A stretch of 64,000 bases of DNA from an uncultured Pelagibacteraceae bacterium (GCA_902633335.1 CACPFY010000006.1:4857-68856); one strand, 5' to 3'. Positions 11,408-22,941 are shown, counted from the first letter of the stretch. Numbers and translations: made by a program. The notes: generated by a model not told the origin, from the sequence alone.

Positions 11408-12529
11408 ATGAATAAAGAATACACATGCCTAGGGATGATGAGCGGAACTTCAGGGGATGGAGTAGATGCATCAATAATTCGATCTAATGGGTTAGATGAA
11501 CTGACAATTCTAAAGGAGAAATATTACGAGTACGATGAAAAATTATTTCAAGAATTTCATAGTTTAAAAAAAAAAATTAATTCCATAGCAGATTTAAAAA
11601 AATTTTCCTCTCTTATAAATATACTTGAAAAGAACATTACAATTTTTCATGCAAAAGTAGTTAAAGATATAACACAAGGTTTTAATTTAGACCTAATTGG
11701 ATTTCATGGACAAACTCTTTACCATAATCCTCAAGAGAAAATTTCTATACAATTAGGAAATGGAAATTTATTGTCTCAATTATCGAAAAAAAAAGTTGTT
11801 TTTAATTTTAGAAAAAATGATATTAAGAATGGTGGAGAAGGAGCCCCATTGACACCTATTTTTCATAAATATCTTTTAAAATCAAAAAAAATAGAGTTAC
11901 CAGCTTGCATTTTGAATATTGGAGGTATTTCGAATTTTACTTTGATAAGAAATTTAAATAACCATGAAATTGCGAGCAAAGATGTTGGACCAGGTAATTG
12001 CTTAATAAACGCTTGGATACAAAATCATACTAATGAAAAATTCGATTTAGATGGAAAAATTTCTAATAGGGGAAAAATTAATGAAATTATACTTGAACAA
12101 GCTTTAGAAACTCATGAGAGTAATTTTCAGAAAAAAAATAATATATCTTTAGACACAAATGATTTTGACATCTCGTTTGTAAGAGGTCTTAATTTAGAGG
12201 ATGGAGCTGCTACATTGACGGCATTTACAGCGAAAATAATATCTTCAAAAATAAGTTACCTGTTAAACGAGTATGATAAAAAAATAATAAAAATTATTAT
12301 ATGCGGTGGTGGCAGAAAGAATAAGAGTCTTATTAAACAAATTAAACTTAATTCTAGAAAAAATTTATCTTTTTACAATTCTGAAGACTTTCAACTTAAT
12401 GGTGATTTTATAGAGTCTCAAGCATTTGGTTATTTAGCTATCAGATCCGTAATGTCGTTACCTATATCGTTTCCTTCAACTACTGGATGTTCAGCCCCAT
12501 GTAGTGGAGGAGAAATAATTCAATTTTAA
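11408..12529 (+). CDS. anmK: Anhydro-N-acetylmuramic acid kinase
   Basis: GMMSGTSGDGVD, GFHGQT, GGEGAPL, NIGGISN, DVGPGN. Confidence 0.95.
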   Translation: MNKEYTCLGMMSGTSGDGVDASIIRSNGLDELTILKEKYYEYDEKLFQEFHSLKKKINSIADLKKFSSLINILEKNITIFHAKVVKDITQGFNLDLIGFHGQTLYHNPQEKISIQLGNGNLLSQLSKKKVVFNFRKNDIKNGGEGAPLTPIFHKYLLKSKKIELPACILNIGGISNFTLIRNLNNHEIASKDVGPGNCLINAWIQNHTNEKFDLDGKISNRGKINEIILEQALETHESNFQKKNNISLDTNDFDISFVRGLNLEDGAATLTAFTAKIISSKISYLLNEYDKKIIKIIICGGGRKNKSLIKQIKLNSRKNLSFYNSEDFQLNGDFIESQAFGYLAIRSVMSLPISFPSTTGCSAPCSGGEIIQF

Positions 12530-13206
12530 ATTAATGCAGTTTTTTCATTAATGTATTTTTCTATTTCAACCCTTAGATCTTTTTCTTTATCTTTAAAAAA
12601 ATGATTTGCATTTTTAATTTTAGAGAATATTACTTCAACCCCTTTCTGGTTTTTAATTCTATTGTCTAACTCATCAATACTTTCTTTTGTGACTAATTCA
12701 TCATTATCACTATAAACCACCTGACCTGAAGTAGGACAAGGCGCTAAAAACGAAAAGTCATACACGTTGGGTTGTGGAGATATTGCTATAAAATTATTTA
12801 CTTCAGGACGTCGCATAATTAATTGCATACAAATTAATGCACCAAAAGAAAAACCTGACACCCAACACTGGCTATAATCCATATTTTCTCTTTCTATCCA
12901 ATCAAGGGCTGCAGCTGCATCAGAAAGCTCACCTTGTCCATTATCAAAAACCCCGTCACTTTTCCCTACTCCTCTAAAATTAATTTTAATAACTGAAAAA
13001 CCATTTTCTAAAAAAATATTATACATTAATTGAACTATTCTATTATTCATTGTTCCACCATATTGAGGGTGCGGTTGAAGCACTATTGCGACCGGAGATC
13101 CGAATTTAGGATTTTTGTAATATTTTGCTTCAAGTCTTCCTGCAGGTCCTGGTATAAAAATTTCTAAACTTTTTTGTTTCATATTAATAATGATAATTAG
13201 TTTCAA
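12526..13206 (-). CDS. Alpha/beta hydrolase
   Basis: PHPQYGGTMNN, NFRGVG, GFSFG nucleophile elbow; usual neighbour of iscR in alphaproteobacteria. Confidence 0.9.
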   Translation of the reverse strand: MKLIIIINMKQKSLEIFIPGPAGRLEAKYYKNPKFGSPVAIVLQPHPQYGGTMNNRIVQLMYNIFLENGFSVIKINFRGVGKSDGVFDNGQGELSDAAAALDWIERENMDYSQCWVSGFSFGALICMQLIMRRPEVNNFIAISPQPNVYDFSFLAPCPTSGQVVYSDNDELVTKESIDELDNRIKNQKGVEVIFSKIKNANHFFKDKEKDLRVEIEKYINEKTALI

Positions 13207-13254
13207 TAAAAGATAAGACTTATAGCATGTTTTTATGCGTCAAATATCTTTTTT

Positions 13255-13281
13255 TAAATCTTAGTAAAACAGTAGGATTTA
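13255..13281. promoter_or_regulatory. Probable IscR/Rrf2 operator
   Basis: Imperfect dyad TAAATCTTAGT-AAAAC-AGTAGGATTTA about 30 bp upstream of iscR. Confidence 0.55.
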
Positions 13282-13312
13282 TTAAAAAACTGTTGTAAAA
13301 CATGCCAAATTT

Positions 13313-13720
13313 ATGAAACTAACTACAAAAGGAAGATATGCAGTAATGGCGATGGCTGATCTAGCATCGTATTCTAAGAATAAACCAGTAAGTTTATCTG
13401 AAATTTCTACAAGACAAAATATTTCTTTAGCTTACTTGGAGCAGTTATTTATTCATTTAAAAGATAATAAATTAGTTAAAAGCGTAAGAGGTGTTAAAGG
13501 AGGATATGCCTTAGATAGACCAGCGTCAGAAATAAAACTTTCAAATATTTTTCATGCCGTTAATGAAGAAGTAAAAACACTTAATTGCAAGAAAGAATCA
13601 AAAAAAGGATGCAACCATAAATCTATAAAATGTATTACACATAACCTCTGGGATAAATTAGATAATCATATTAATGGATTTTTTGAGAATGTTAAATTAG
13701 ATGAGCTAGTTAAAAGATAA
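13313..13720 (+). CDS. iscR: Rrf2-family Fe-S regulator
   Basis: [25 protein letters not shown]; three Cys plus His ligands; heads suf operon. Confidence 0.88.
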   Translation: MKLTTKGRYAVMAMADLASYSKNKPVSLSEISTRQNISLAYLEQLFIHLKDNKLVKSVRGVKGGYALDRPASEIKLSNIFHAVNEEVKTLNCKKESKKGCNHKSIKCITHNLWDKLDNHINGFFENVKLDELVKR

Positions 13721-15153
13721 TGAGTAAAATTATAGATACAAATAAAGAATATAAATACGGTTTTACAACTGACATTGAAAGTTTTAAAGCTCCAAAAGGG
13801 TTAAGTGAAGAAACAATTAAGTTTATTTCTAAAGAAAAAAAGGAACCTAAATGGCTTTTAGACTGGAGACTTAAAGCGTATAAAAGACTTAAGTCATTAA
13901 AAGAACCTGATTGGCAAAAACCAAAATATCCTAAAATAGATTATCAGGATCTATATTATTACTCCGCACCTAAAAGTGTTAAAGATAAACCTAGAAGTTT
14001 AGATGAAGTTGACCCAAAACTTATTGAAACTTATAAAAAACTTGGCATTCCTTTGGATGAACAAAAAAGACTAAGCGGAGTAGCTGTAGATGCAGTTTTT
14101 GACTCTGTTTCTGTAGCAACTACTTTTAAAGGTGAGCTTACTAAAAAAGGTATAATTTTTTGCTCTATCTCAGAGGCAATACAAAAACACCCTGATTTAG
14201 TCAAAAAATACTTAGGTTCAGTAATTCCTTTGACAGATCATTATTTTGCAACATTAAATTCAGCAGTCTTTACTGATGGATCATTTGTTTACATTCCACC
14301 CAACGTAAGATGTCCAATGGAACTCTCTACCTATTTTAGAATTAACGCTTCTCAAACTGGACAATTTGAAAGAACACTTATTATTGCTGATAAAGGGAGC
14401 TATGTCAGTTATTTAGAGGGCTGTACAGCACCAATGCGTGATGAAAATCAACTTCATGCAGCAAATGTTGAACTTGTAGCTCTTGATGATGCTGAAATTA
14501 AATACTCAACTGTGCAAAATTGGTATCCAGGAGATGAAAAAGGTAAAGGAGGAATTTATAATTTTGTTACTAAGAGAGGAGCTTGTAGAGGTAAGAATTC
14601 AAAAATTTCCTGGACTCAGGTTGAAACTGGATCAGCTATAACATGGAAATACCCTAGCTGTATTTTACAAGGAGATAATTCTGTCGGAGAGTTTTATTCA
14701 ATAGCAATCACCAATAATCATCAAAAAGCGGATACCGGTACAAAAATGATACACCTAGGAAAAAATACAAAAAGTAAAATTATTTCAAAAGGAATATCAG
14801 CTGGTAAAGCAGATAATACTTACAGAGGATTAGTTGATATTAATAAAAAAGCAATTAACTCAAGAAATTATACTCAGTGTGACTCTCTTTTAATGGGAAA
14901 TAAATGTGGAGCTCACACAGTTCCTTACATAAAAAATAAAAACTCATCTTCAACGATTGAGCACGAAGCTACAACCTCAAAAATAAATGAGGAACAGCTT
15001 TATTATTGTAATCAGAGAGGTTTAAATCAAGAAGAGGCAGTAAGTTTAATTGTTAATGGTTTTTGTAAAGAAGTTTTACAACAGTTACCTATGGAATTCG
15101 CTGTGGAAGCTCAAAAGTTAGTCTCAATAAGTTTAGAGGGAAGTGTTGGTTAA
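13720..15153 (+). CDS. sufB: Fe-S assembly protein SufB
   Basis: [27 protein letters not shown]. Confidence 0.97.
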   Translation: MSKIIDTNKEYKYGFTTDIESFKAPKGLSEETIKFISKEKKEPKWLLDWRLKAYKRLKSLKEPDWQKPKYPKIDYQDLYYYSAPKSVKDKPRSLDEVDPKLIETYKKLGIPLDEQKRLSGVAVDAVFDSVSVATTFKGELTKKGIIFCSISEAIQKHPDLVKKYLGSVIPLTDHYFATLNSAVFTDGSFVYIPPNVRCPMELSTYFRINASQTGQFERTLIIADKGSYVSYLEGCTAPMRDENQLHAANVELVALDDAEIKYSTVQNWYPGDEKGKGGIYNFVTKRGACRGKNSKISWTQVETGSAITWKYPSCILQGDNSVGEFYSIAITNNHQKADTGTKMIHLGKNTKSKIISKGISAGKADNTYRGLVDINKKAINSRNYTQCDSLLMGNKCGAHTVPYIKNKNSSSTIEHEATTSKINEEQLYYCNQRGLNQEEAVSLIVNGFCKEVLQQLPMEFAVEAQKLVSISLEGSVG

Positions 15154-15887
15154 TGTTAGAAATTATAAATTTAAAAGCAGAAATTAATAACAAAAAGATT
15201 ATCAAAGGCCTCAATCTTAAAATTAACCAAGGTGAGGTTCATGCCATCATGGGACCAAATGGCTCAGGCAAAAGCACATTAGCTAATATTTTATCTGGTA
15301 AACCTGGATACGATATTTCAGGAGACTTAAAATTTGAAGGTCAAGATTTAACTCAAATTTCAATAGAGGAAAGAGCTCAAAAGGGTGTTTTCTTAGCTTT
15401 TCAATATCCTACAGAAATACCAGGGGTTAACACAAATAACTTTTTAAGAACTTCATTAAATTCAGTCAGAAAAGCAAACGGCCATAAAGATATAGATGCG
15501 ATAAGTTTTTTGAAAATTGTAAAAGAAAAAGCCAAAGAACTAAATATTGATGAAAAATTCTTATCAAGACATTTAAATGTTGGTTTTTCTGGCGGTGAGA
15601 AAAAGAAAAATGAAATATTGCAACTAAAAATACTTGAACCTAAACTTGCAATTCTAGACGAAACAGACTCAGGATTAGATATTGATGCATTAAAAATTGT
15701 AGCTGAGGGAGTTAACTCTTATAAAAATAAAAAAAATGCTTTTTTAATTATCACTCATTATCAAAGACTTTTAGAATTTATTAAGCCTGATTTTATCCAC
15801 GTATTGTCCGATGGGAAAATTGTTAAAACTGGCTCAAAAGAGCTTGGAGAAGAGCTTGAAAAAACTGGATATACAAATCTAAATTAA
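15153..15887 (+). CDS. sufC: Fe-S assembly ATPase SufC
   Basis: GPNGSGKS, FSGGEKK, LDETDSGLD. Confidence 0.97.
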   Translation: MLEIINLKAEINNKKIIKGLNLKINQGEVHAIMGPNGSGKSTLANILSGKPGYDISGDLKFEGQDLTQISIEERAQKGVFLAFQYPTEIPGVNTNNFLRTSLNSVRKANGHKDIDAISFLKIVKEKAKELNIDEKFLSRHLNVGFSGGEKKKNEILQLKILEPKLAILDETDSGLDIDALKIVAEGVNSYKNKKNAFLIITHYQRLLEFIKPDFIHVLSDGKIVKTGSKELGEELEKTGYTNLN

Positions 15888-15889
15888 TC

Positions 15890-17146
15890 ATGGAACTGAA
15901 TTTTAAAATTAAAGATGGTCTGGATAAACATTTAAAGCTTAGGGAAGAAAAACTAAATTATTTTAAAAAAAAAGGTTTTCCAAATAAAAGACTAGAGGAA
16001 TGGAAATTTACCGATTTAGAAAAAATCCTTAAGGAAAACTTTAAAGAATTAAATAATGAAAAATCAAAAAATAAAAATCCAAATATTATAGACTTAGGTT
16101 TCAAACACAACTCAATAACACTTATTAATGGAAAATTAGATTCTTTCAATTTTAAAATTGAAAATATTAAAGATAAAAATTACTCTCCAATTAATGAACT
16201 TGAACTTGACTTACTCTTAAATTTTGTAGATGAGACAAATGAAAATTCCATGCAAAACTTAAATACTGCACTTCATGAAGGTGGATTCAAACTAGACATT
16301 AAATCTGAATATAAATTTAAATACCCTATTGTAATATTTAATTATTTTTCCGGAGTTTTAAACAATAAAATGATAAATAATTCTGAAGTAATAAATCTAT
16401 CAAAAAATTCTGACGCGACTTTGATTGAATTTTTAATAGATAATTCTTCAGGATGTTTTTTTAAAAATACTTTTAAATACATTAATATTGATGAGGGTGC
16501 ATCTTTTAATTATTATTTTATTAATAAAAATGAGAGTAAAAATTTTTTTTATGATTACTCAAAAATAAAACTTTCTAACAATGCAAATTTAAAAAAATAT
16601 ATTTTTCCCTCTGGTATAAAATTTAATAAATCTGAAAGTAACATTGAGTTAAATGGTATAAATTCATCTAGCAAAATATATTCTGGATCGTTTCTTAACA
16701 GAAATAATCATCAGGAGATAAAAACAAATATTCAACATCTAAAACCAAACTGTCAAAGCCATCAAGATATTAAAAATGTTTTAACCACTAGAAGCAAAGG
16801 AGTGTTTCAAGGAAAAGTTTTTGTTGATCAAATTTCTCAGAAAACTGATGCTTATCAATTAAGCAAAGGACTGTTATTAGATGAAGACTGTGAATTTAGT
16901 ACTAAACCAGAGCTTGAGATTTATGCCGATGATGTAAAATGTTCGCACGGTTCAACTTCAGGCAATATAGATATCGATGCATTATATTATTTGAAAGCCA
17001 GGGGTATAAAGGAAAAAGAGGCAATTAAAATGATTGTAAAAGGTTTCTTAGAAAGTGTTTTAAAGGATATAAAAAATAGAGAAATAACTGAAATTTTAGA
17101 AAATCATTTAGATACACATATCAATTATGAAAATAGATCAAATTAA
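15890..17146 (+). CDS. sufD: Fe-S assembly protein SufD
   Basis: EEWKFT, KPELEIYADDVKCSHG. Confidence 0.93.
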   Translation: MELNFKIKDGLDKHLKLREEKLNYFKKKGFPNKRLEEWKFTDLEKILKENFKELNNEKSKNKNPNIIDLGFKHNSITLINGKLDSFNFKIENIKDKNYSPINELELDLLLNFVDETNENSMQNLNTALHEGGFKLDIKSEYKFKYPIVIFNYFSGVLNNKMINNSEVINLSKNSDATLIEFLIDNSSGCFFKNTFKYINIDEGASFNYYFINKNESKNFFYDYSKIKLSNNANLKKYIFPSGIKFNKSESNIELNGINSSSKIYSGSFLNRNNHQEIKTNIQHLKPNCQSHQDIKNVLTTRSKGVFQGKVFVDQISQKTDAYQLSKGLLLDEDCEFSTKPELEIYADDVKCSHGSTSGNIDIDALYYLKARGIKEKEAIKMIVKGFLESVLKDIKNREITEILENHLDTHINYENRSN

Positions 17147-18344
17147 AAAAAATTTTCCTATATTTAAGAAAAAGATCAACGGAAATTCTTTAGTTTACCT
17201 AGATAGCGCTAATTCATCGCAAAAGCCTAAATCAGTAATCGATAGAATGTCATATTTTTATGAAAATGAATTTTCTAACATTGGTAGAAGTGTACATTCT
17301 TTAGCTGTTACAGCTACTAATAGATTTGAGGAAACAAGAGATTTAGTAAAAAAATTTATTAATGCTAAACATAGGGAAGAAATTATATTTACCAAAGGAG
17401 CAACTGAAGGAATAAATTTAGTAGCAAATTCATATGGAGACAAATTTATACATGAAGGCGATGAAATTATTCTTACGGAGTTAGAACATCATTCCAATTA
17501 TGTGCCTTGGCACTATCTAAGAAACAGAAAAAAAGCAATTATCAAATTTGCAAAGATTAATGAAAATCTAGAGATCGAAGTAGATGAAATAAAAAAATTA
17601 ATTACCAATAAAACAAAAATGATAGCTATAACTCATATTTCAAATGTTACTGGCGGCATTTCTCCTTTAAAAGATATAATAGATCTTGCATCCTCAAAAA
17701 ATATTCCTGTTTTAGTGGATGGAACTCAAGGCGCCCCTCACTTAAAACTAGATATGCAAAAACTTGGATGCGATTTTTATGTAATTTCTTGTCATAAAAT
17801 GTACGGTCCTAATGGGTTAGGAATATTATATGGTAAAAAAAAATGGTTAGATGTTATGCCACCGTATCAAGGAGGAGGCGGCATGATTGACGAGGTCAAA
17901 AAAGAAAATATCACTTTTGCAGAGAGCCCTACCAAATTTGAAGCAGGCACTATGCAAACAGCAGAAGTCGTTGCTTTCAGTGAGTCAATTAAATTAGTTG
18001 AAAAAATCGGTTTAGATAAAATATCTGAGATTGAAAATGAAGTTTTAAGATATGGAATAGATAAATTGAAAAAAAATAATTCTATAAATTTAATAGGCGA
18101 GCCAAAAAACAAAGCTTCTGTTATCTCATTTACTATAAAAGGAATTCACCCTCACGACATTGCAACAATTCTTGATGATGATGGAGTTGCAATAAGAGCA
18201 GGACATCATTGCTGTCAAATTTTACATGAAAAAATTGGAGTACCTGCAACTGCAAGGGCATCAATTGGTTTATATAATTCTAAAGATGATATTGATGTTT
18301 TGATAAACGCTATTAATAAATGCAAGAAAGTTTTTAAAATATAA
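17127..18344 (+). CDS. sufS: Cysteine desulfurase SufS
   Basis: YLDSA, EHHSN, SCHKM, RAGHHC. Confidence 0.95.
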   Translation: MKIDQIKKNFPIFKKKINGNSLVYLDSANSSQKPKSVIDRMSYFYENEFSNIGRSVHSLAVTATNRFEETRDLVKKFINAKHREEIIFTKGATEGINLVANSYGDKFIHEGDEIILTELEHHSNYVPWHYLRNRKKAIIKFAKINENLEIEVDEIKKLITNKTKMIAITHISNVTGGISPLKDIIDLASSKNIPVLVDGTQGAPHLKLDMQKLGCDFYVISCHKMYGPNGLGILYGKKKWLDVMPPYQGGGGMIDEVKKENITFAESPTKFEAGTMQTAEVVAFSESIKLVEKIGLDKISEIENEVLRYGIDKLKKNNSINLIGEPKNKASVISFTIKGIHPHDIATILDDDGVAIRAGHHCCQILHEKIGVPATARASIGLYNSKDDIDVLINAINKCKKVFKI

Positions 18345-18793
18345 TGGATTTAAAAGATTTATATCAAGAAATAATTTTGGATCATGGTAAAAACCCAAGA
18401 AACTTTGGCAAATGTAAAAATTTCACTAGCGATGCTAAAGGCCATAACCCTCTATGTGGTGATAAAGTTCATATCTACGCTCAATTAGATAATAACAAAA
18501 AAATTTTAGATTTGAGTTTTGAAGGGGAGGGTTGTGCGATTTCTTTAGCATCAGCCTCAATACTAACCGATATACTTAAAGGTAAAGATTTTTCTTTAGC
18601 TAGTGGGATAATTGAAAATTTTTTAGATTTGATAAAAAAAAACAAATTATTAACTTTAAACAGCTTAGATGAAAGTCAAAAAACAACACTGATGTCTTTA
18701 TCAGGAGTAAAAGATTATCCTATGAGAGTTAAGTGTGCTACTATGGCTTGGCATACAGTATCTTCTGTTTTAGGAAAAAAAAATGAAAATTAA
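18344..18793 (+). CDS. sufU: SufU/NifU-like sulfur transfer protein
   Basis: LYQEIILDH, NPLCGD, GCAISLAS, RVKCA. Confidence 0.88.
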   Translation: MDLKDLYQEIILDHGKNPRNFGKCKNFTSDAKGHNPLCGDKVHIYAQLDNNKKILDLSFEGEGCAISLASASILTDILKGKDFSLASGIIENFLDLIKKNKLLTLNSLDESQKTTLMSLSGVKDYPMRVKCATMAWHTVSSVLGKKNEN

Positions 18794-19082
18794 AGAAAAA
18801 ATAATCTCTGAAATTAAAAAGATTTATGATCCTGAAATACCAGTAAACATTTATGATTTGGGCCTAATTTATAGTATCGAAATTAAAAATAATAATGAGG
18901 CTTATATCGAAATGACTTTAACTAGCCCAAATTGTCCAGTGGCCGATAGCTTGCCAAAGATGGTAAAAGAAAATATTAGTACAATAGAGGAAATAAAAAA
19001 AATTAATTTAAAACTTGTCTGGAGTCCCCCTTGGACAAAAGATATGATGAGTGAAGAAGCTAAATTAGAACTAAATTTATGA
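18783..19082 (+). CDS. sufT: SufT/DUF59 Fe-S assembly protein
   Basis: YDPEIPVNIYDLGLIY, MTLTSPNCP. Confidence 0.85.
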   Translation: MKIKEKIISEIKKIYDPEIPVNIYDLGLIYSIEIKNNNEAYIEMTLTSPNCPVADSLPKMVKENISTIEEIKKINLKLVWSPPWTKDMMSEEAKLELNL

Positions 19083-19414
19083 ACGAACAAATTATAAAAT
19101 TAACCGATAATGCTGCAAAAAGAATTAAAGAAATTATGTCCAAAGCAGACAATAAAACTATAGGTGTAAGAGTAGGGGTAAAGTCTGGAGGTTGTGCAGG
19201 TATGAGTTATTCAATGGAATATGCTCAAGACAAAAAAAAAAATGATGAAGTAATTGAAGATAAAGGTGTAAAAGTATTCATTGATCCAGCTGCTATAATT
19301 TATCTATTAGGTACGGAAATGGATTATAAAAAAGAAAAATTTAACTCTCAATTTGTTTTTAAAAATCCAAATGAATCTGAACGTTGTGGCTGCGGAGAGT
19401 CTTTTAAAGTTTAA
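19079..19414 (+). CDS. sufA: A-type Fe-S carrier (SufA/IscA, HesB family)
   Basis: GGCAGMSY, CGCGESF. Confidence 0.88.
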   Translation: MNEQIIKLTDNAAKRIKEIMSKADNKTIGVRVGVKSGGCAGMSYSMEYAQDKKKNDEVIEDKGVKVFIDPAAIIYLLGTEMDYKKEKFNSQFVFKNPNESERCGCGESFKV

Positions 19415-19416
19415 AT

Positions 19417-20823
19417 TTACTGACTGTAATACATCTCAAACTCAATCGGATGAGGAGTATGTTCAAATTTATAAATCTCTTGAAATTTTAAATCTATATA
19501 AGCATCTATTTGATCATCTGTGAAAACTCCACCTTGAGTTAAAAATTTTCTATCTTTATCTAAACTTTCCATTGCTTCTCTCAATGATCCACAAACTGTC
19601 GGAAGTTTTTTTACCTCTTCTTCTCCTAATGTATATAGGTCTTTATCAAAAGCTTTGCCTGGATCAATTTTATTTTTAATTCCATCTATTCCTGCCATTA
19701 ACATTGAAGCAAAGGTTAAGTAAGGGTTTCCAGCTGCGTCAGGAAACCTGATTTCCATCCTTGCAGCTTTCGGGCTCATTGTTATTGGTATCCTGCAAGA
19801 TGCAGATCGGTTCCTTGCTGAATAAGCTAAAATTACTGGAGCTTCGAAACCAGGTATTAATCTTTTATAACTATTAGTAGTAGCGTTTGAAAATGCATTA
19901 ATTGCTTTTGCGTGTTTAAGTATACCACCTATATAATGTAATGCAGTTTTAGATAATCCCGCATATTCTTTACCCATAAATAACGGTGAGTTTCCTTTCC
20001 AAATTGATTGGTGGCAATGCATACCTGAGCCGTTATCTCCTTTAACCGGTTTAGGCATAAATGTAGCAGATTTTCCAAATGAGTTAGTTACCATTAATAC
20101 AGCGTACTTATACAACTGAACATTATCAGCCATATCAGTTAAAGTGCCGAAATACATTCCAAGTTCATGTTGTGAAGGAGCAACTTCATGGTGATGTTTC
20201 TCAACTTTAACACCCATATCTTTTAAAGCTTTTAAATACTCACTTCTCATGTCTTGAGCACTATCAACTGGAGGGACTGGAAAATATCCTCCCTTTATAC
20301 CTGGTCTATGACCTAAGTTACCGTTTTCATATTTCTTACCAGTGTTATATGGTCCTTCCGAACTATCAATAGAAAAACTTGTTTCATTCATTTCATTTTT
20401 AAATCTTACATCATCAAAAACAAAAAATTCTGGCTCTGGACCAAAATAAGCTTTGTCCCCGATACCTGTTTCTTTTAAATACGCCTCTGCTTTTTTTGCT
20501 GTACCTCTTGGATCTCTTCCATAAGGATCTTTTTTAACAGCATCCATGATGTCACAAAAAATATTTAATGTTGTGTGTGAATTAAAAGGATCTATTATAG
20601 GCCTATCTAAATCTGGCTTTAAAATCATATCTGACTCGTTAATTGCTTTCCAACCTGCTATTGAAGATCCATCAAAAAATACACCTTTTTCTAGCATCTC
20701 TTCATCAACTACCGTACTGTCCATTGTTAAGTGTTGTAGCTTACCTCTTGGGTCGGTAAATCTAAGGTCAACGTATTCAACCTCTTTATCTGTCATTAAC
20801 TTTTTTATCTTACTTGCGCTCAT
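19417..20823 (-). CDS. glnA: Glutamine synthetase type I
   Basis: FDGSSI, GPEPEFF, HHHEVA, NRSA, EIRFPD. Confidence 0.97.
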   Translation of the reverse strand: MSASKIKKLMTDKEVEYVDLRFTDPRGKLQHLTMDSTVVDEEMLEKGVFFDGSSIAGWKAINESDMILKPDLDRPIIDPFNSHTTLNIFCDIMDAVKKDPYGRDPRGTAKKAEAYLKETGIGDKAYFGPEPEFFVFDDVRFKNEMNETSFSIDSSEGPYNTGKKYENGNLGHRPGIKGGYFPVPPVDSAQDMRSEYLKALKDMGVKVEKHHHEVAPSQHELGMYFGTLTDMADNVQLYKYAVLMVTNSFGKSATFMPKPVKGDNGSGMHCHQSIWKGNSPLFMGKEYAGLSKTALHYIGGILKHAKAINAFSNATTNSYKRLIPGFEAPVILAYSARNRSASCRIPITMSPKAARMEIRFPDAAGNPYLTFASMLMAGIDGIKNKIDPGKAFDKDLYTLGEEEVKKLPTVCGSLREAMESLDKDRKFLTQGGVFTDDQIDAYIDLKFQEIYKFEHTPHPIEFEMYYSQ

Positions 20824-20914
20824 AGTTGAGGATTATCTAACAGAATATATTTATAGAATAACCTATAATAAAATGATATCAGCTATGCGTTTAAAGCATC
20901 AATACAATTATTAA

Positions 20915-21808
20915 TTGCATATTATGAGAGAAGCTAACACTTTTGATATCTTTCTGCTTGTTTTACTTGCTATTATTTGGGGCTCATCTTTTTTTAATAT
21001 AAAAATAGCAACTTATTCTTACGATCCAATCACTTTAGCTCTTGTTAGAGTTATATTTGCCAGCATACCTCTAATATTACTGTGTAAATTAAAAAATATT
21101 AAAATTGAAGCTTTTTCGAAAGATTGGAAATTTTATTCAATAATTGGCCTATGCAATATCGCAATCCCTTTTACACTTATTGCCATAGGAACTAGTCAAA
21201 TCAACAGTTACTTAGCGGCAATATTAATGAGTACCACGCCTCTAAGTGGTACAATTCTTGCTCATTTTTTTACAACTAATGAAAAAATGAATAAGCTTAA
21301 AGTTTTGGGTATATTGGTAGGATTTTCAGGAATTTTATTTTTATTTTTAGATAAAATAATAATTAATGAAAATAATTACATTTTTGCATTAATTACTATT
21401 TTAGGATCAACATTTTATTCCATAGGCGGTATTCTCACTATTCAAATAAAAAATAAAGGCAACGAAAATGTAACAACTTCAACAACAATCTGGTCTTTGA
21501 TTTTTCTTTTACCGATGTCATTCTTGTTGGAAAAACCATGGTTAGCCACACCATCTATTGAGTCAACTATTTCATTACTTTATCTAGGAATAGTAGCCAC
21601 AGGTTTAGCTTGGTTAATAAGATTTAGAATTTTGTCGGTTAATGGATTAGTATTTCAAACGCAAGTAGCTTACCTAATCCCAATTTTTGGAGTATTCTTT
21701 GGCTATTTTCTAATGAATGAAGTTATTACTTGGCGAGTATTGATTTCATTGGGTATAATAATATTAGGAATTTATATTGTAAAAAAAAATAACAAAGGTT
21801 TTAAATAG
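20915..21808 (+). CDS. EamA/DMT family transporter
   Basis: About 10 TM segments, IWGSSF, YLIPIFG. Confidence 0.88.
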   Translation: MHIMREANTFDIFLLVLLAIIWGSSFFNIKIATYSYDPITLALVRVIFASIPLILLCKLKNIKIEAFSKDWKFYSIIGLCNIAIPFTLIAIGTSQINSYLAAILMSTTPLSGTILAHFFTTNEKMNKLKVLGILVGFSGILFLFLDKIIINENNYIFALITILGSTFYSIGGILTIQIKNKGNENVTTSTTIWSLIFLLPMSFLLEKPWLATPSIESTISLLYLGIVATGLAWLIRFRILSVNGLVFQTQVAYLIPIFGVFFGYFLMNEVITWRVLISLGIIILGIYIVKKNNKGFK

Positions 21809-21814
21809 CATTAA

Positions 21815-22888
21815 ATGCAAAGTGATTCTTTAGAATTTAGCCTCTTATCTATATTCTCATTCCTAAGTTTTTTTTCATTCTTCATTATTCAAAAACTATC
21901 TCATAAGATATTTAATGGATTATTATTTGATAATGACTTTGAAAAACCACAAGCCTTTCATAAAAATGATACTCCTAGAAGCGGTGGTTTAGCTTGTATA
22001 ATATCTTTTCTGATATTTGTTTTATTAAATAATCTTTTATTTTCTATGATATATTTAGATTATTTAGTTCTGGGAGTAGGATTATTTTTAATTGGATTTT
22101 TGGATGACGTAAAAATTAAATTTAGCCCTAAGGCAAGACTAGTATTAATGACTATCTTCATATTAATTTCAATAAAAATTTTTTCTATCGAGATAAACGG
22201 TATTGACCTTATTATTCTTAACAAAATCTTAAGTGTAAATATAATTTATTTGTTTTTTATTGTTTTATGTTTCTTGTTCATTATAAATGGCTCTAATTTA
22301 ATTGATGGATTTAATGGTTTATTAGCATTTCAATTAATAATTATAAATTCGGTATTATTGTATATAAATATTGAAAATCAATTCCAAACAATATCAATTT
22401 TAATAACTGCCCAAATAATAATTCTTTTGATATTTTTGCTGTTTAATTTCCCTTCTGCAAAAATTTTTATGGGAGATGGTGGCGCTTATCTTTTTGGAAC
22501 TTTTACTGCACTAAATGTAATTGAAACTAATAATCTCAATCCAAATATTTCTTCTTTCTTTTACTGTATCTTATTATTTTATTTATTTTTTGAAGTTTTT
22601 TTTTCATTTTTAAGAAAATTAATACAAAAAAAATCGCCTATAAAGCCTGATAGTGAACATCTTCACATGATATCATATAAAATTTTAAAAATGACGAGAC
22701 CAGGTAAAGATTGTAATTATTTAAACACTTTATATATAAATGCGATTTATTGCTTATTTATTTTACCAAGCGTTTGGGTAAAAGAAAGCGGGTCGGTATG
22801 TAAGTATTGGTTTTTTGGCTTAATTATTATTTATATACTTACTTATTTTAGACTAAATAGTTTTGTTAAAAAAAAAATTGATATATAA
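21815..22888 (+). CDS. MraY/WecA-family polyprenyl-phosphate sugar-phosphate transferase
   Basis: PRSGG, GFLDD, NLIDGFNG, FMGDGG, HLH. Confidence 0.9.
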   Translation: MQSDSLEFSLLSIFSFLSFFSFFIIQKLSHKIFNGLLFDNDFEKPQAFHKNDTPRSGGLACIISFLIFVLLNNLLFSMIYLDYLVLGVGLFLIGFLDDVKIKFSPKARLVLMTIFILISIKIFSIEINGIDLIILNKILSVNIIYLFFIVLCFLFIINGSNLIDGFNGLLAFQLIIINSVLLYINIENQFQTISILITAQIIILLIFLLFNFPSAKIFMGDGGAYLFGTFTALNVIETNNLNPNISSFFYCILLFYLFFEVFFSFLRKLIQKKSPIKPDSEHLHMISYKILKMTRPGKDCNYLNTLYINAIYCLFILPSVWVKESGSVCKYWFFGLIIIYILTYFRLNSFVKKKIDI

Positions 22889-22902
22889 ACAAAAATTAAT
22901 AA

Positions 22903-22941
22903 GGGCAAGTGGCGGAATTGGTATACGCGCTAGTCTTAGGA
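22903..22941 (+). pseudogene. 5' half of host tRNA-Leu(UAG), interrupted by prophage
   Basis: GGGCAAGTGGCGGAATTGGTATACGCGCTAGTCTTAGGA then non-tRNA sequence; joins cleanly to 59584-59640. Confidence 0.93.
22931..22941 (+). repeat. attL core TAGTCTTAGGA
   Basis: Exact 11-bp direct repeat with 59584-59594; flanking bases differ on both sides. Confidence 0.93.

Noticed and set aside
13313-20823. suf operon and glnA as phage auxiliary genes
   Set aside because: Outside attL, and they contain the GCNGC/GATC sites the phage lacks; ordinary host genes
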